The position numbers and the translations under genes were made by a program. The notes beneath the pieces are model-generated. The model saw only the letters and a program-made list of their open reading frames with translations. It was not told where the DNA came from and searched no databases. Positions 46,861 through 63,682 of a stretch of 64,000 nucleotides of DNA are shown here, piece after piece (position 1 is the stretch's first letter; each line of letters opens with the position of its first letter). This stretch comes from Nemertoderma westbladi. Taxonomy: Eukaryota; Animalia; Xenacoelomorpha. The stretch is taken from NCBI GenBank assembly GCA_032718475.1, contig JAUCBJ010007091.1, positions 1 through 64,000 on the forward strand, written 5' to 3'.

Positions 46861-47399
46861 AGGTCTTACCTATGGAAGGTTTTACCTCTATGGATACCTC
46901 TCGTATGCATTCTTGCACACCCGTAACGAGGAGGGAGATGAAACGAACTATGTTTAAAATCCCATGCAATCTCATTACGATTTGTAAAAAAATTGGGGTG
47001 GGGGGGGGGGGGGGGGCGGGGTGGTTGTGGTGTCACTGAATTACGACACTATATTCCAGGACATGGTGTAGAGTACGTTCAATTTACAAAATACCAAATA
47101 TTACCCTTATTCATGCAAAGATACGTACGCAATAACCCAGCCTGGGACTTCTAGAATATTAATTTCTACCAGAATGGGAAACGGTATAATCGCAAATACT
47201 ATTTGGGACCTACTTTCTGAGTTTTGCATGTGGTGTTTTTTTTAGGAATCATCAAATCTAGACCACTACCATTTGAGTTTCTCTCGACGGCTTTCAATAA
47301 TTTATGTTGCATTAGTTGCGCAGATTTCTCAGCTTTACACATTAATATAAACTTAGGAATTATGGCATACAGTATTCAATCTCTCAACATTTTTTACCC

Positions 47400-48555
47400 T
47401 ATAATTAATTATTTTACGTATAAAATTAATTTATTCACCCTAAAAATACCGTGAAAAAATTAATTTATTCACCCTAAAAATAGCGTGAAAACATTAATTT
47501 ATTCACCCTAAAAATAGCGTATAAAATTAATTTATTCACCCTAAGAATAGCGTGAAAAAATTAATTTATTCGCCCTAAAAATAGCGCGAAAACATTAATT
47601 TATTCACCCTAAAAATAGCGCGTATAAAATTAATTTATTCACCCTAAGAATAGCGTGAAAAATTAATTTATTCACCCTAAAAATAGCGTGAAAAAATTAA
47701 TTTATTCATCATAAAAATAGCGTGAAAACATTAATTTATTCGCCCTAAAAATAGCGTGAAAAAATTAATTTATTCACCCTAAAAATAGCGTTAAAACACC
47801 CTATGAAAACATTAATTTATTCACCCTAAAAATAGCGTGAAAAAAAAATTTATTCGCCCTAAAAATAGCGTGAAAAATTACTTTATTCACCCTAAAAATA
47901 GCGTAAAAACTTTAATTTATTCACCCTAAAAATAGCGTAAAAAATTAATTTATTCACCCTAAAAATAGCGTAAAAAATTAATTTATTCACCCTAAAAATA
48001 GCGTAAAAAATAATTTATTCACCCTAAAAATAGCGTTAAAACATTAATTTATTCGCCCTAAAAATAGCGTGAAAATTTACTTTATTCACCCTAAAAATAG
48101 CGTAAAAACATTAATTTATTCACCCTAAAATTAGCGTAAAAAATTAATTTATTTACCCTAAAAATAGCGTGAAAATATTAATTTATTCACCCTAAAAATA
48201 GCGTGAAAAATTAATTTATTCACCCTAAAAATAGCGTGAAAACATTAATTTATTCACCCTAAAAATAGCGTGAAAAAAAAAATTTATTCGCCCTAAAAAT
48301 AGCGTGAAAAATTACTTTATTCACCCTAAAAATAACGTAAAAACATTAATTTATTCACCCTAAAAATAGCGTAAAAAATTAATTTATTCACCCTAAAAAT
48401 AGCGTAAAAAATTAATTTATTCACCCTAATAATAGCGTAAAAAATTAATTTATTCACCCTAAAAATAGCGTGAAAAAATTTCATCCTAAAAATAGCGTGA
48501 AAAAATTAATTTATTCACCCTAAAAATAGCGTGAAAAACCCTAAAAATAGCGTGA
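47400..48555. repeat. ~33-bp satellite ATTAATTTATTCACCCTAAAAATAGCGTGAAAA
   Basis: More than 30 head-to-tail copies with no unique spacers. Confidence 0.97.
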
Positions 48556-48713
48556 GAAAAGTAGTCGTGATTGGACAATTACAATAATACACATAGTAGG
48601 CCTCCTTCCAAATTCAAGGGGTGATTCTACTGTATTGGGGAGGGGGGGAGGGGGGGGGGGGGGGGTAAGCCCCCTACGGTTTTTCTTATTTTGTATATTG
48701 TAGTATATTGTAG

Positions 48714-49602
48714 TTCAAGTGATTACCTTGTAGCTCAAGTGATTAATTTTAGCTCAAGTGATTACTTTTCAGCTCAATCAAGTGATTACTTTGTAGCTCA
48801 CGTGATTACTTTGTTGCTCAAGTGATTACTTTGCAGCTCAAGTGATTACTTTACAGCTCAAGTGATTACTTTGCAGCTCCAGTGATTACTTTGCAGCTCA
48901 AGTGATTACTTTGCAGCTCAAGTGATTACTTAGCAGCTCAAGTGATTACTTTGCAGCTCAAGTGATTACTTTGCAGCTCAAGTGATTACTTTGCATCTCA
49001 AGTGATTACTTTGCAGCTCAAGTGATTACTTAGCAGCTCAAGTGATTACTTTGCAGCTCAAGTGATTACTTTGCAGCTCAAGTGATTACTTTGCATCTCA
49101 AGTGATTACTTTGCAGCTCAAGTGATTACTTTGCATCTCAAGTGATTACTTTGCAGCTCAAGTGATTACTTTGCTGCTCAAGTGATTACTTTGCATCTCA
49201 AGTGATTACTTTACAGCTCAAGTGATTACTTTGCAGCTCAAGTGATTACTTTGTAGCTCAAGTGATTAATTTTTAGCTGAAGTGATTACTTTTCAGCTCA
49301 ATCAAGTGATTACTATGTAGCTCAAGTGATTACTTTGCAGCTCAAGTGATTACTTTGTAGCTCAAATGATTACTTTGTAGCTCAAGTGATTACTTTGCAG
49401 CTCAGGTGATTACTTTGTAGATCAAGTGATTAATTTTTAGCTCAAGTGATTACTTTTCAGCTCAATCAAGTGATTACTTTGTAACTCAAGTGATTACTTT
49501 GCAGCTCAAGTGATTACTTTGCATCTTAAGTGATTACTTTGCAGCTCAAGTGATTACTTTGTAGCTCAAGTGATTTAAATTTTAGCTCAAGTGATTACTT
49601 TT
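48714..49602. repeat. 20-bp satellite AGTGATTACTTTGCAGCTCA (left part)
   Basis: About 44 tandem copies; the array resumes at 58086. Confidence 0.97.
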
Positions 49603-49603
49603 A

Positions 49604-53510
<3,907 letters not shown>

Positions 53511-53519
53511 TGGTAAGTG

Positions 53520-56500
53520 AGCCCTTTGTCTCATCCTCGTATTTCAGTCAATTAGTCCCCAGTTCCACTAGCTAATTGGAAAAGGTTGCATCTGACTATA
53601 GTACATCATACGATGGTAATATTATCCCACTACAATTTATTGTTCTTATAAATCTTATTTGTATTATTCATAATTAGGATGGGGGCATTTTACTTCAGTC
53701 TACAATTCCATCGCTGCCTTCCAGGCATCCTGATGTTTTCCTGTCAGTAAATGACGTCAGCGAATACCATCTAGAATGTCGGTCTAGAACTTCTATCCCA
53801 TCCTTCCAGCTCATCGTATTTTCTCTTTTATCTTCGTCCTGGCTTGGACGTTCCCTGCCATCCTGTTTGTTCTTAATCACGGATGTATTTGCCACCATGG
53901 CTTGAGTGCAGTTGTTATCATCTCTTGATAACGCTTCGCTGGTGGTCCCATCAAGTATCCCTCCTACCCATACCCCTGGTTGCGCCCCTCGGGACGTTTC
54001 TTATCTCGCAGGATATAGGCACTCATAATAAATCACAAACTCCGCCCTGTTGTTTAATGACCAGGTGTCGCTGGGTATTGGTGATCCCTCTGTATGGCGC
54101 GGTTGTTGTTACCTCCCATCAGCCCGGCGGGCAAATGGCAATTTCCTCCCGGCCAACCAAGGTTTTCCTTTATATGGAACATTCCACCTCTTTATGACAT
54201 AGTCGTGGAGGATCCTGCTGATCATTTTATCCACCTTTACCCAGTGTCCCATGGATCCCCACTAGCCGTTACTTCTGTCACTGCTTCTCCGCCATCCCGA
54301 TTCCCCTCTCTCACCAAACTGGTGGTGCCTTGCAAAGGTCCAGAAGGGCAAGAGATAACTAACTTCTGTTCTAATTAGTGTCAAATCAGTGATGGCCTAC
54401 CTCCGATCTACCCTTTGTACGTGTACATGTTCCCCCAATATGTCCGTTACCCCTTAGTCATGCCTCTAGCTAGACTATACATGGTCCCATTGACCCAGCT
54501 TTAGTATTGGTCCCATTGACCCAGCATAAGTATTGTTCCCATTGACCCGGTGTAAGCATTGGTCCCATTGATCCAGCGTAAGTAATGGTCCCATTGACCC
54601 GGTGTAAGTATTGGTCCCATTGACCCGGTGTAAGTATTGGTCCCATTGACCTGGCGTAAGTATTGGTCCCATTGACCCGGCTTAAGTATTGGTCCCATTG
54701 ACCCAGCGTAAGTTATGTTTTTATTTCATTATTTTTTATTTTTATTTTGTGGGAAGGGTGTATCGCCCTCATTCCCATACCCTCCATCCAACTTATTGGA
54801 TGACTTATCAACCTAAGGGCGATTCTTCCAGCAGGCAACTCTCCTACTGCCCCCCTATAGGTCCTCTTATTCTTCGCCCCACTCTCCTTGTCAATCCTAA
54901 CTCCCTCAGATCTGACCTTCCCTTCTCCTCCTCCCTAAGATCGGATCTTTCCGTCACCCCACAGAACTCCTCATCATCCCCTGATGGAAAAATGTCACCC
55001 TTCATCTCATCCTCACTGGTACATGCCACCTCTGCTGGCCTCCCCCTCAATATATGCGCCGGCGTTAAAGCCTCCGATGACCCTTGGTCATCACTCGGTA
55101 CACAAAATGGGTTAACATTTAATGCCCCCTCGTACTCTGCCAGCCCCGTGTACAACACGTCTCCTCTAATTTCCCTGTTCCCTTCGTCACCCTTCGTCAT
55201 CGGCTCCTCTCTCTTTGGATTAACCTTCTTACATCCTCTCCCTTTCCACATTGTCTTCTTATTTAATACCAGGGGTATCTGTATACTCCTTATTTGGATT
55301 GGCATCTCTTCCATATATCTCTCCGGATATCTCGCCATCCAATCTTCCCCATCCTTGTACCGGACTGGTGTCTCTTCCGGACATCTCTCCGGAAATCTCG
55401 CCATCCGCTCTTCCCCATCCTTATACTGATACTCGCCAGGAATGTTCAGTAAGACCTACAGTATGTCATGCAGTCTGAATGTGCTCCTCCAGACCGAAGT
55501 TTAATCTTCTCGAATATTCTGAGAACTCCTCCCCGCGACTACCATATCGTCGATCAGCAGCTACGTTCCAATGGGAAGTTTCCCTTCGATCCCTTCTTAT
55601 CTCATCCTCCTCATCTCGGTATACTCTGTACCCCTCTCCCGGTGCGTAATATATGTCGGCAGGCTGTGTTTCTAAGGGGCAACAGCAATCTCTCGAAGTA
55701 TAACCCCACCAGCCCTCTCTCTCTACTTCAACTATCGACGGTTTGCTGTCCGTCCTATCTCGACATCTCCAGTTGCCCATAGCAACATTTCCTCGCTCGT
55801 TTCTATCACCCTCCTTGCGTCCTCTAGTCCTGGTGTTATATCTACATTCATGAGATCTCGTATCGACCTCCCAGATGAACTCTACCATTCTCCTTCCATT
55901 TCCCGAGTGGGCTCGACATTCCCTCATTTGGCCATTCGCAACATGAACGCTTACTGAACTACTTACTCAACATTATTATTATTTAAATTATTTACCGAAG
56001 CATTATTTCCTGTATGAAATGTACCCTCGTTATTATTAAAGTTATCCACTACAGTATTGTTAATATTTGCATTCCCATTAAACGTATTGTCATTACCCCC
56101 CCCCCCCCCCCCCCATCCGTCGGGTCACGCCAGTTTTGTGTTTGTCGTGTCATGTTTGTTGTTGTATTAACAAAGGTTTCCATGACCCCTGGTTCCTCAT
56201 AAATATTTCCCGAACCAGCTTCGCTCTCTGATAAACCCATTTTTGCCAGTTCAAATCGGCGCTTTTGTTTCGCCTGATACTGCATTAACCCCCTCAACTG
56301 GGTATGCAATCATCCCGCATTATCTTACGAGCTATTTCCCTTTCCCTCTCCTCTCAAACACTCTGATCGGCTAACTCTGCCTCCCTTTGCTCGTTCACCT
56401 TTCTTTCCTCCCATTCTCTACGCTCACTCACTTCCCTTTCCTACCGTTCTCTGCGCTCACTCACTTCCCTCTCAACCCTCTCTGCCTCCCTCGCCTATTG

Positions 56501-58085
56501 CTCTCTATAGTCTCTCGCCACTTTCTCGGCCCTCTCTTTACACTCTCTCGCTAACCCTTTCTCCCTCTCTAACAGCGCAGTTCCCTCATCCAGCTATCTC
56601 TCTAATTCCTTTTGGTCTAATGCGACCATGTCAAGCTGACACATCAGATCTATCCCTAACACCCTTCTTGCTTTCGCGGAGGGTGTAGCAGACTTTTCGG
56701 TTGCGACAGACTCCCATTGCCTCCCAGGTTTACCAATTTTATCATGCCTGCCAGCGGTTTCACTAACGGACGCCACTGAATCCTCGGGGTTAACCTCTGC
56801 CCCGGCGTTGTGCGGATCCGCCCACCCTACTAACTTAATTCCCCGCGCATCCACCAGATAAGGCCATATGTACACTACACCATACGGCATTATTTCAGAT
56901 CGCCACAATTCGAACAGTTCTGTGGCGACCCCTCTCGCCCTTTCACTCGCCAGTTCTCCCTGCCCAAATCGGGCTAGGTAGTGAAAATGTTTGTTATACT
57001 CACCGAGTCTCCGGTTCAACTTGGGCTCGCCTACCTTTACTCCTTCCTTAGACTCCTTTAGAGTCTTCACCGTGGCGTTATATGCCCGTTGCAGGTGATC
57101 ACTCGTCCCGACGTCCTCCTCCTCAACTTTTTGACTTCCTGTCCTCTTCCGGCATGGTACCGCTGGCCCCACCATTGCCATTCTGGTGGGCCGCTCGCCG
57201 CCTGTAGCCGCTGGTTGACTGGCGACTCCAGTACTCCTCTCACCGCTCCCATCCCATGTCGACTCCAGCTTCTAGTCCCCTTGTACCTGTCCACCTTCCT
57301 CCTCTACCACTGAATCATCTTTCCTCGGCGAATGCGGTGTGGCAGGCCGGTACCACCTCGTCTCCGCTTCCCAAATCGTTTGGTCTCGGTTGCTCAGGAT
57401 CCCCTTCGAACCCTGGGGCATTCGTTGTTCACTCATCTCATTGGCGTGTCATTAGCGTGCTAAGCGTTTAGCGTGTCTGGTTTTCAACTGTGACGGGATC
57501 CCCGAGTTGGTGAGGGAATCCCGACTAGGTTTTGTCTTGGTTTTATACGTGTCGCCGCATCCGTTTACTGTGGCTGGAGAACTGAAAGGCCAAAGGCCGA
57601 TGTAATAACAGAGTTTTGATGTTAATGTTGTTAATCTCAGATAAGTATACAAGTACCGGTAGTATAGCACAATCAGTAACACAATGACAGGTGTGACGGT
57701 GACAACGACGACAGTTGAAAACCATTCGACTTCTGCTCACCCAATATTACCAACTAGCACAATTGACAGAGTAACGGTTGTATATTACATGGGACACATT
57801 ACAACCTAGGTTTGGCTAACCAGTGGATGCGCTATAATTGGACACATGCTGTCCCTCCATTGGTCGATCTATATCCCTTAGCCAATCCCTAATTTTCCCT
57901 GGCCCTGTATTGGCCTTTCCGAGAGATGAGCTGATGCGCTGGCATCTCTCTTTTGCGGACAATATATCCTCATTCTCCCTCCTATCCAATATTGTGTTAA
58001 CAATATTGGATGGCTAATCATGATTCGTAAATCATGACTTTCCCCATTTTCCGCTGGGTGGTGCAGCAAATTGGATACGCTAACA
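53520..58085 (-). mobile_element. Degenerate BEL/Pao-like element: probable LTR (~57450-58085), gag 5' region and integrase C-terminal remnant
   Basis: Minus strand starts TGTTAGCGT at the satellite junction; coiled-coil gag-like frames; LAEYEGALN..LTPAHILRGR (BEL integrase C-terminal motif); 55443-55672 is an inverted match to 49604-49832. Confidence 0.65.
54480..54712. repeat. 26-bp minisatellite GTAAGTATTGGTCCCATTGACCCGGT (9 copies)
   Basis: GGTCCCATTG recurs every 26 bp from 54483 to 54691. Confidence 0.95.
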
Positions 58086-58250
58086 AGTTCAGGTGATTAT
58101 TTTGCAGCTCAAGTGATTACTTTGCCGCTCAAGCGATTACTTTACAGCTCAAATTATTACTTTGCAGCTCGAGTGATTACTTTACAGCTCAAGTGATTAC
58201 TTTGTAGATCAGGTGATTACTTTGCAGATTAAATGATTACTTTACTGCTC
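58086..58250. repeat. 20-bp satellite (right part)
   Basis: Same unit and orientation as 48714-49602. Confidence 0.9.
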
Positions 58251-59381
58251 CCCTCTATTTCTGACAGATAATATAACAAAGTAGCATAGACTGTTATGGT
58301 TAGAATTTTAGAAATAATTGGTTTCAGTTAATCATCTAAAAACATCATCAATTCAGAATCAGTTTTTTTGTTATTATAGGAATGTTACTTAATTTGTTTC
58401 TGCAATTGTGTTCCTTGCTATTTTATATTACTTATTTTGCTTAATTTAAGTTCAAACCACCATTTTTATTGATAAAGTTAATTGCGTCATAATATTTGTG
58501 TCTTTTACTCAAAATACATACATTCTTTTAATTGACGCCATCTAGTGCCATTATCTACATAGCCAATTTGGTTTGAATTCTTTATCACCAGATGTCTAGG
58601 TGGCGCTGCACGCCTCTTCCTATAGCTGGTATATATACACTGTTGATCCAATAGCCCACTCACTTTTCGTGTTATTATTGTGCCATTAGTTGGCCAGCGA
58701 ATGCATATTTATCCATGTAGAGGGTAAGAGCCCAGTCAACTTTAATTGACTGGTGATTATTACATCTAATGTCTGTTGAATGGTTTTCTGTTGTTAATAA
58801 ATGAATTCTAATTATTTGTTACAGTATAATATTTGACATCATACTTGTTATTGCTGTTATTTGGTTAATATAATATCACTGATATCCCGAGATTAAATAC
58901 ATTTTACACACACCTAACCCAGGTAGGTCTCTATAGCTAAGCATTATTGATAACCTGGACAATTGTGTCAGATCTACGTGTGTTGTTATACCTCTAATTC
59001 AATAAATAATTAATCTATGGCGATATTTCAGACCCGTAATGCAAGCGAAGCTCTGAATATTAATGATAAATTATCATGATTGAGAGTTGTCATAAATTGA
59101 ATACTGTAGCGATAATAATATAAACAGATACAGACTTGTCACAATACGTTTCCTCTAAAGTAAAACACAATCACCAGACTTGAGACAATCACCATCACAC
59201 CCGACCCTCACGGTACTGTATGCTAGTGAAATATAATAGATGATCAATTACTGTAATAGACTGAGCGAAACATTGAGCAAATCAATACAATAGTGGGAAA
59301 AGGGGAATAGAGTGATACACTAGAACGGCTTTCCGTTGAAGGTACACTAGCGCAATTACCGTTTCAGTGTTTCAGACTGAG

Positions 59382-59963
59382 GACCTTCGAATACGTAAGG
59401 GAAAGGCATGGGCAGCCTTGAATAGACTTTCCAGGATTTGGAAGTCACCGAGATTTAATCGGAAACTTAAGGTCCGATTATTTAGAGCTGCAGTAGTTCC
59501 AGTACTCCTCTTTGGGAGTCCATGCTGGGCTCTAACTGCTGAGGATACCAAATCTCTGGATGGCACATTCACAAGAATGCTACGCCGGGTTCATTGTGTC
59601 AAGTACAATGCACACATCACCAACCTGACACTATATAACATTGGAGGTGTCTCATTGGTTCCCCTAAGCTTGACACTAGAACAAAATCGCCTCCGCTTTG
59701 CAGGACATTGCTTTCGCCGTGAGGACCAGCCAGTGCATAATCTTGTACTTTGGCAGCCTCATGGAGTGAATAAGCATGGTGGACAGCCCATGACTTTCTT
59801 GAGACGCATCTTAAAGGACACTGGCCTTGAAGATGCAGATGATCTAGCAAATGTCATGGGTGATAGGGAGTTGTGGCGGCGCAATTTTGTCGACAAGCCG
59901 GCACAGCATTCTTAAAAATGCAACTGCAATGCAGCATGCCGTTACTAGTAGTAGTAGTAGTAG
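59382..59963 (+). mobile_element. RTE LINE 3' fragment (same family as 10996-11888)
   Basis: RIRKGKAWAALNRLSRIWKS, RLRFAGHCFR, (TAG)n tail. Confidence 0.9.
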
Positions 59964-60140
59964 TTCAGACTGGTTGTTTTTACTCGCATTCTTACATGGT
60001 TTATTAAACAATCGGAAAGAGTCGAAATATATAAAAATAGTGATTAAAAACGTCTTTTTTGTCAAATGCGCTAACATAATTAATTAATTACTTATAAATT
60101 ACGCAATAATTAGAAGTTCATTTTTGAATGGGTAAATAAA

Positions 60141-62294
60141 TTAGATTGTTGTTGTATTAGTTTGCTGACTTTGCCTTCTGACTATTGCCGAAATAGAATT
60201 ATTGAAAATAGCTGATTGGTGCTCAGTTGCTGTATCAAATGTGACCGCCGTGTACGGGTACATGTCAGATCCAGATATTTTTTCAGTTGCTGTCTGAAAT
60301 AAGGAAGATACATTTTCTTTGGGAAGTGACATAAGCAAAATCATCGACTCAAATTTACTCAGATTCTTTTCCCTTAGGTTGTGTATGTCTCGAAGTTTTA
60401 GTTCAGGAAACTCAGAATAATCCATAAAGATCTTATTAAACTTATGTAAATAATCGAGTCGGTTTAACAGAGCCAGAAATGGTATCCATATCAGAATGAT
60501 GAAAAGTAGACAACTCCCAAAAAGAACTGTCCATGTTGGTAAATCATCCTCAAGTTCATATTTGTGGGTTTTAATTGCGTCGAGTGGCTGGTACTTGAAT
60601 GTCATCTCAGAAAATAATTTAAGGGTCTGCAGTGTTAAAATGATCGGAGCAAAATACCTCCAAATGATCATGAAAAATCCACTCGCCTTTTTACCAGTCA
60701 TAGATTCGAAGTCAAACATTAATCGACTGAATACGCCTGGAGTCAGTGTTATAACATATGCAATTACCATGTTAATAATTGTTCCCGAAATATTATTAAC
60801 AAAGTAATCTCCCACATTGCTAAGGTATTTACCAATTCTCAAGGTATATATTAAACTAATAGACCAGAAAATGAAACATATCACCATCAACGTCAAATTG
60901 AATGATAACTTTGATCGTGTTTCTCGAATTAGACACGCAATTGTATACATAGTTGTAAGTATACTATCAGTTCCTAGGCACACAAGTATAGTAAAGTAGG
61001 CTGCTGCCCAATATTGAGATAAATTCATCATTTCAAACATATCAGAAAGGTGCATGAAAGCAATGGTGTCTCCAGCTCCACTGCCACTAGTATAACTACT
61101 TAGTAAATATGTTGCGTTTGTAGAGCATTGATGAGTGACTCCATCTGACTTTGAATTTAATTCAATGCATTCTTGGGCATCCAGATTGGCCTTCCGCCCC
61201 AGATTGGCGTAAATAGTTAACGCGCCTAAGACGGACATTAGGTAATCCGCAGTTGCCACAATTTTTGCATCTTTATAAAAATCATTTGTTCTTGGTAAGT
61301 AACTAGCCAAACAAAGATGAGCTCCTAAACCAATTTTGGAACTAACTATCGATCGCGTCAAAGCTGTCTTCCATCCCTGTGGGTCGAAAAATTTGCTGAA
61401 GTCAGGTTTAAGTAAATACTTGACACCAGATATCCCACCTTTAGAGGTAAATGCGTGTAGGAATAGAAATGTGGTCATTAAAACCCCATATGGAACTGTA
61501 ATCCGTAAAACCTTCGCTGTTGAATGAATACCACCAATCAAACAGATGTAAAATATAATCCATGCCACAGTACATGCAGCTAAGATTTTGTACGCAAAAA
61601 TTGGTTGTGAAAAATCATTGAAATTTCCGGCCATTTGAAGTGAGGTCGTGTAATAAAAATACTCGCTGGCATTTATCCTTTCCACACATTCCGCCACCGG
61701 GGTTTCATTTACATGCCACATAGACTCTAGTATTGTCTCGCTCTCGGTAGGGCAGATTCGCCAAGGGAGCGGGTCTTGTAATGACATAAACAGATAGTAG
61801 AAACAATATGAAACATTAACGCTGTACATCATAACCCCTAAACTGCATCCCATTAGTGTGGCTACGCCAATTCCAGTGAAGCTCTTGTTAATCTGATACC
61901 ACGAAAAGACGTGACTCCGCCGAAATCGCTGACCGATTCCCATTTCGATGGCCATTATCGGCATCCCGACAATGCAATGTGCGACAGCGAATTGGATGAG
62001 AAAAATCAATCCACCGTTTTTCTCGACTATGTATGGGAAGTCCTTAAAGTTTGATGTGCCAACCGCGCACGCAATTGGTAATAGTAAATATTCCCACTTT
62101 GATGTAAACAGGTTTCTGGCTCTGGTCTTGTGGGAATCATCCAAAGCAAACTCGTATATTCTACGGTTAGTTTTTTCTTCAACCGTCTCACCAGCTACTT
62201 CGGTGGCGCCTTCTCTAAATATATAAAAGTTGTTAGGTTCACTAAGTTTAGTTTCACTAAGCTTTGGTGTGAGTTGTTGAAACATCTTAAACAC
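60141..62294 (-). CDS. SLC6: Intronless, divergent SLC6/NSS-family Na+-dependent transporter (717 aa)
   Basis: AVGTSNFKDFPY..NGG..F, GMP..EMGIGQ, GIG, LPW..C, W..A..S..GLG, ASY; about 12 hydrophobic segments. Confidence 0.92.
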   Translation of the reverse strand: MFKMFQQLTPKLSETKLSEPNNFYIFREGATEVAGETVEEKTNRRIYEFALDDSHKTRARNLFTSKWEYLLLPIACAVGTSNFKDFPYIVEKNGGLIFLIQFAVAHCIVGMPIMAIEMGIGQRFRRSHVFSWYQINKSFTGIGVATLMGCSLGVMMYSVNVSYCFYYLFMSLQDPLPWRICPTESETILESMWHVNETPVAECVERINASEYFYYTTSLQMAGNFNDFSQPIFAYKILAACTVAWIIFYICLIGGIHSTAKVLRITVPYGVLMTTFLFLHAFTSKGGISGVKYLLKPDFSKFFDPQGWKTALTRSIVSSKIGLGAHLCLASYLPRTNDFYKDAKIVATADYLMSVLGALTIYANLGRKANLDAQECIELNSKSDGVTHQCSTNATYLLSSYTSGSGAGDTIAFMHLSDMFEMMNLSQYWAAAYFTILVCLGTDSILTTMYTIACLIRETRSKLSFNLTLMVICFIFWSISLIYTLRIGKYLSNVGDYFVNNISGTIINMVIAYVITLTPGVFSRLMFDFESMTGKKASGFFMIIWRYFAPIILTLQTLKLFSEMTFKYQPLDAIKTHKYELEDDLPTWTVLFGSCLLFIILIWIPFLALLNRLDYLHKFNKIFMDYSEFPELKLRDIHNLREKNLSKFESMILLMSLPKENVSSLFQTATEKISGSDMYPYTAVTFDTATEHQSAIFNNSISAIVRRQSQQTNTTTI

Positions 62295-62854
62295 AAATAT
62301 TAATGTTCTTTATTTCCATAAGCATTTCTGTTAAGTATCTTCATTTTTTAATTCCGATTTATGTTGTTTTTTTTAACTGCAATCTCTCTGAAAGTACGAA
62401 AATAAGCTGAGATTAAATCCAGCACTAAGAGTATAGTTTTAACTATTTACATACTTGTGTGTAAAGTAGCACTTTTCAGTGTGCTGATCCGAGTGCCTTG
62501 TTACACGAACGAACGTTAGTGAGTGAGTGAAGATAAAGCCACGAGGATCAGAACACTGTAAAGTACTTTGCAACAAGTAGGTATGTAGTTTTATTCCAAA
62601 ATTGTAACATTACGAAATTATTGTATATATATTATGATAAGTGTTAGAAACTGCACAAAATAAATTAGTTGCTGTATTAATAAAGTAAAAATGACATAAA
62701 TTATGTTATAAATGAGTTAGCTTATATTTATGTTGGCGTTGGCACTACTACAGAATATGTGTACCGGTACCCACGACCGTGTTTTTGTTGTAATAGCTAG
62801 TTTTTGCTACTATTTTTTAATGTTCTATGTCATATTATCTATAGTTTTGTAAAA

Positions 62855-63375
62855 AAAAAAAATTTTCTAGAACAAATATTTTTTGTTCTGGAACAATAAA
62901 ATAATAGATTTATTAGAAATTATTTCTTATGTGTAATAAATTGTTTAATTATCTATAAACGTTAATAGCTACTAATTTTCAGGCTAGCTAGTGATTTTGC
63001 AAGTTTAGCTCTCATTAAAAAAAAATAATTTTCAGAAATTATTTGTTATGTGTAATAAATTGTTTTTTTTAAATAATAGCCAACTTGCAAAATCACTAGC
63101 TAGCCTAGAAATTGGTAGCTATTAATGTTCATAGATAATTAAACATTTAAATTTAACATAATAATAATTAAACATCATTAAACATTTATTACACATAACA
63201 AATAATTTCTGAAATTTTTTTTTAATGATAGCTACCGGTAAACTTTGAAAATCACTAGCTAGCCTGATAATTTGTAGTTTTTAATGTTTATAGATAAATA
63301 AACTATTTATTACACATAGTGACAAATTTTTAATAATAATTTTTTTTTAATGTTCTAGAACAAAAAATTCTAGAA
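62855..63375. repeat. AT-rich foldback (long imperfect palindrome built from a ~120-bp unit)
   Basis: AGGCTAGCTAGTGATTTT (~62981) is inverted at ~63089 and ~63248; TTATGTGTAATAAAT is inverted at ~63185 and ~63305. Confidence 0.75.
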
Positions 63376-63682
63376 TATAGAGTAAGAGAGGGTGACTAAA
63401 TTTTAAGAGTTAATTTACGCATAGCTAACCCTCAGGCATATAATAACTTGTAACTCCACAGATTATTTATTTAGGGGCGATATATTTAAAAATTTAAGCT
63501 GCTAAATAAAGAAACCGGATAAAGAACACAAATAATAAGAGCAATACATAATAGTAATACATCTTACTGGTTTATATTGGTTGATATTGGATATTGATAC
63601 TGCAGTACCGATACAGCAAACGCTTTTTAATGCTGAAATAAGATTGTAAACCTAAAAATCAAGCAAAACCAAACTAGGTTCA

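Noticed and set aside
47400-49602. 33-bp and 20-bp arrays (and the 26-bp array at 54480-54712) as CRISPR arrays
   Set aside because: Head-to-tail repeats with no unique spacers, no cas genes and a eukaryotic context; these are satellites
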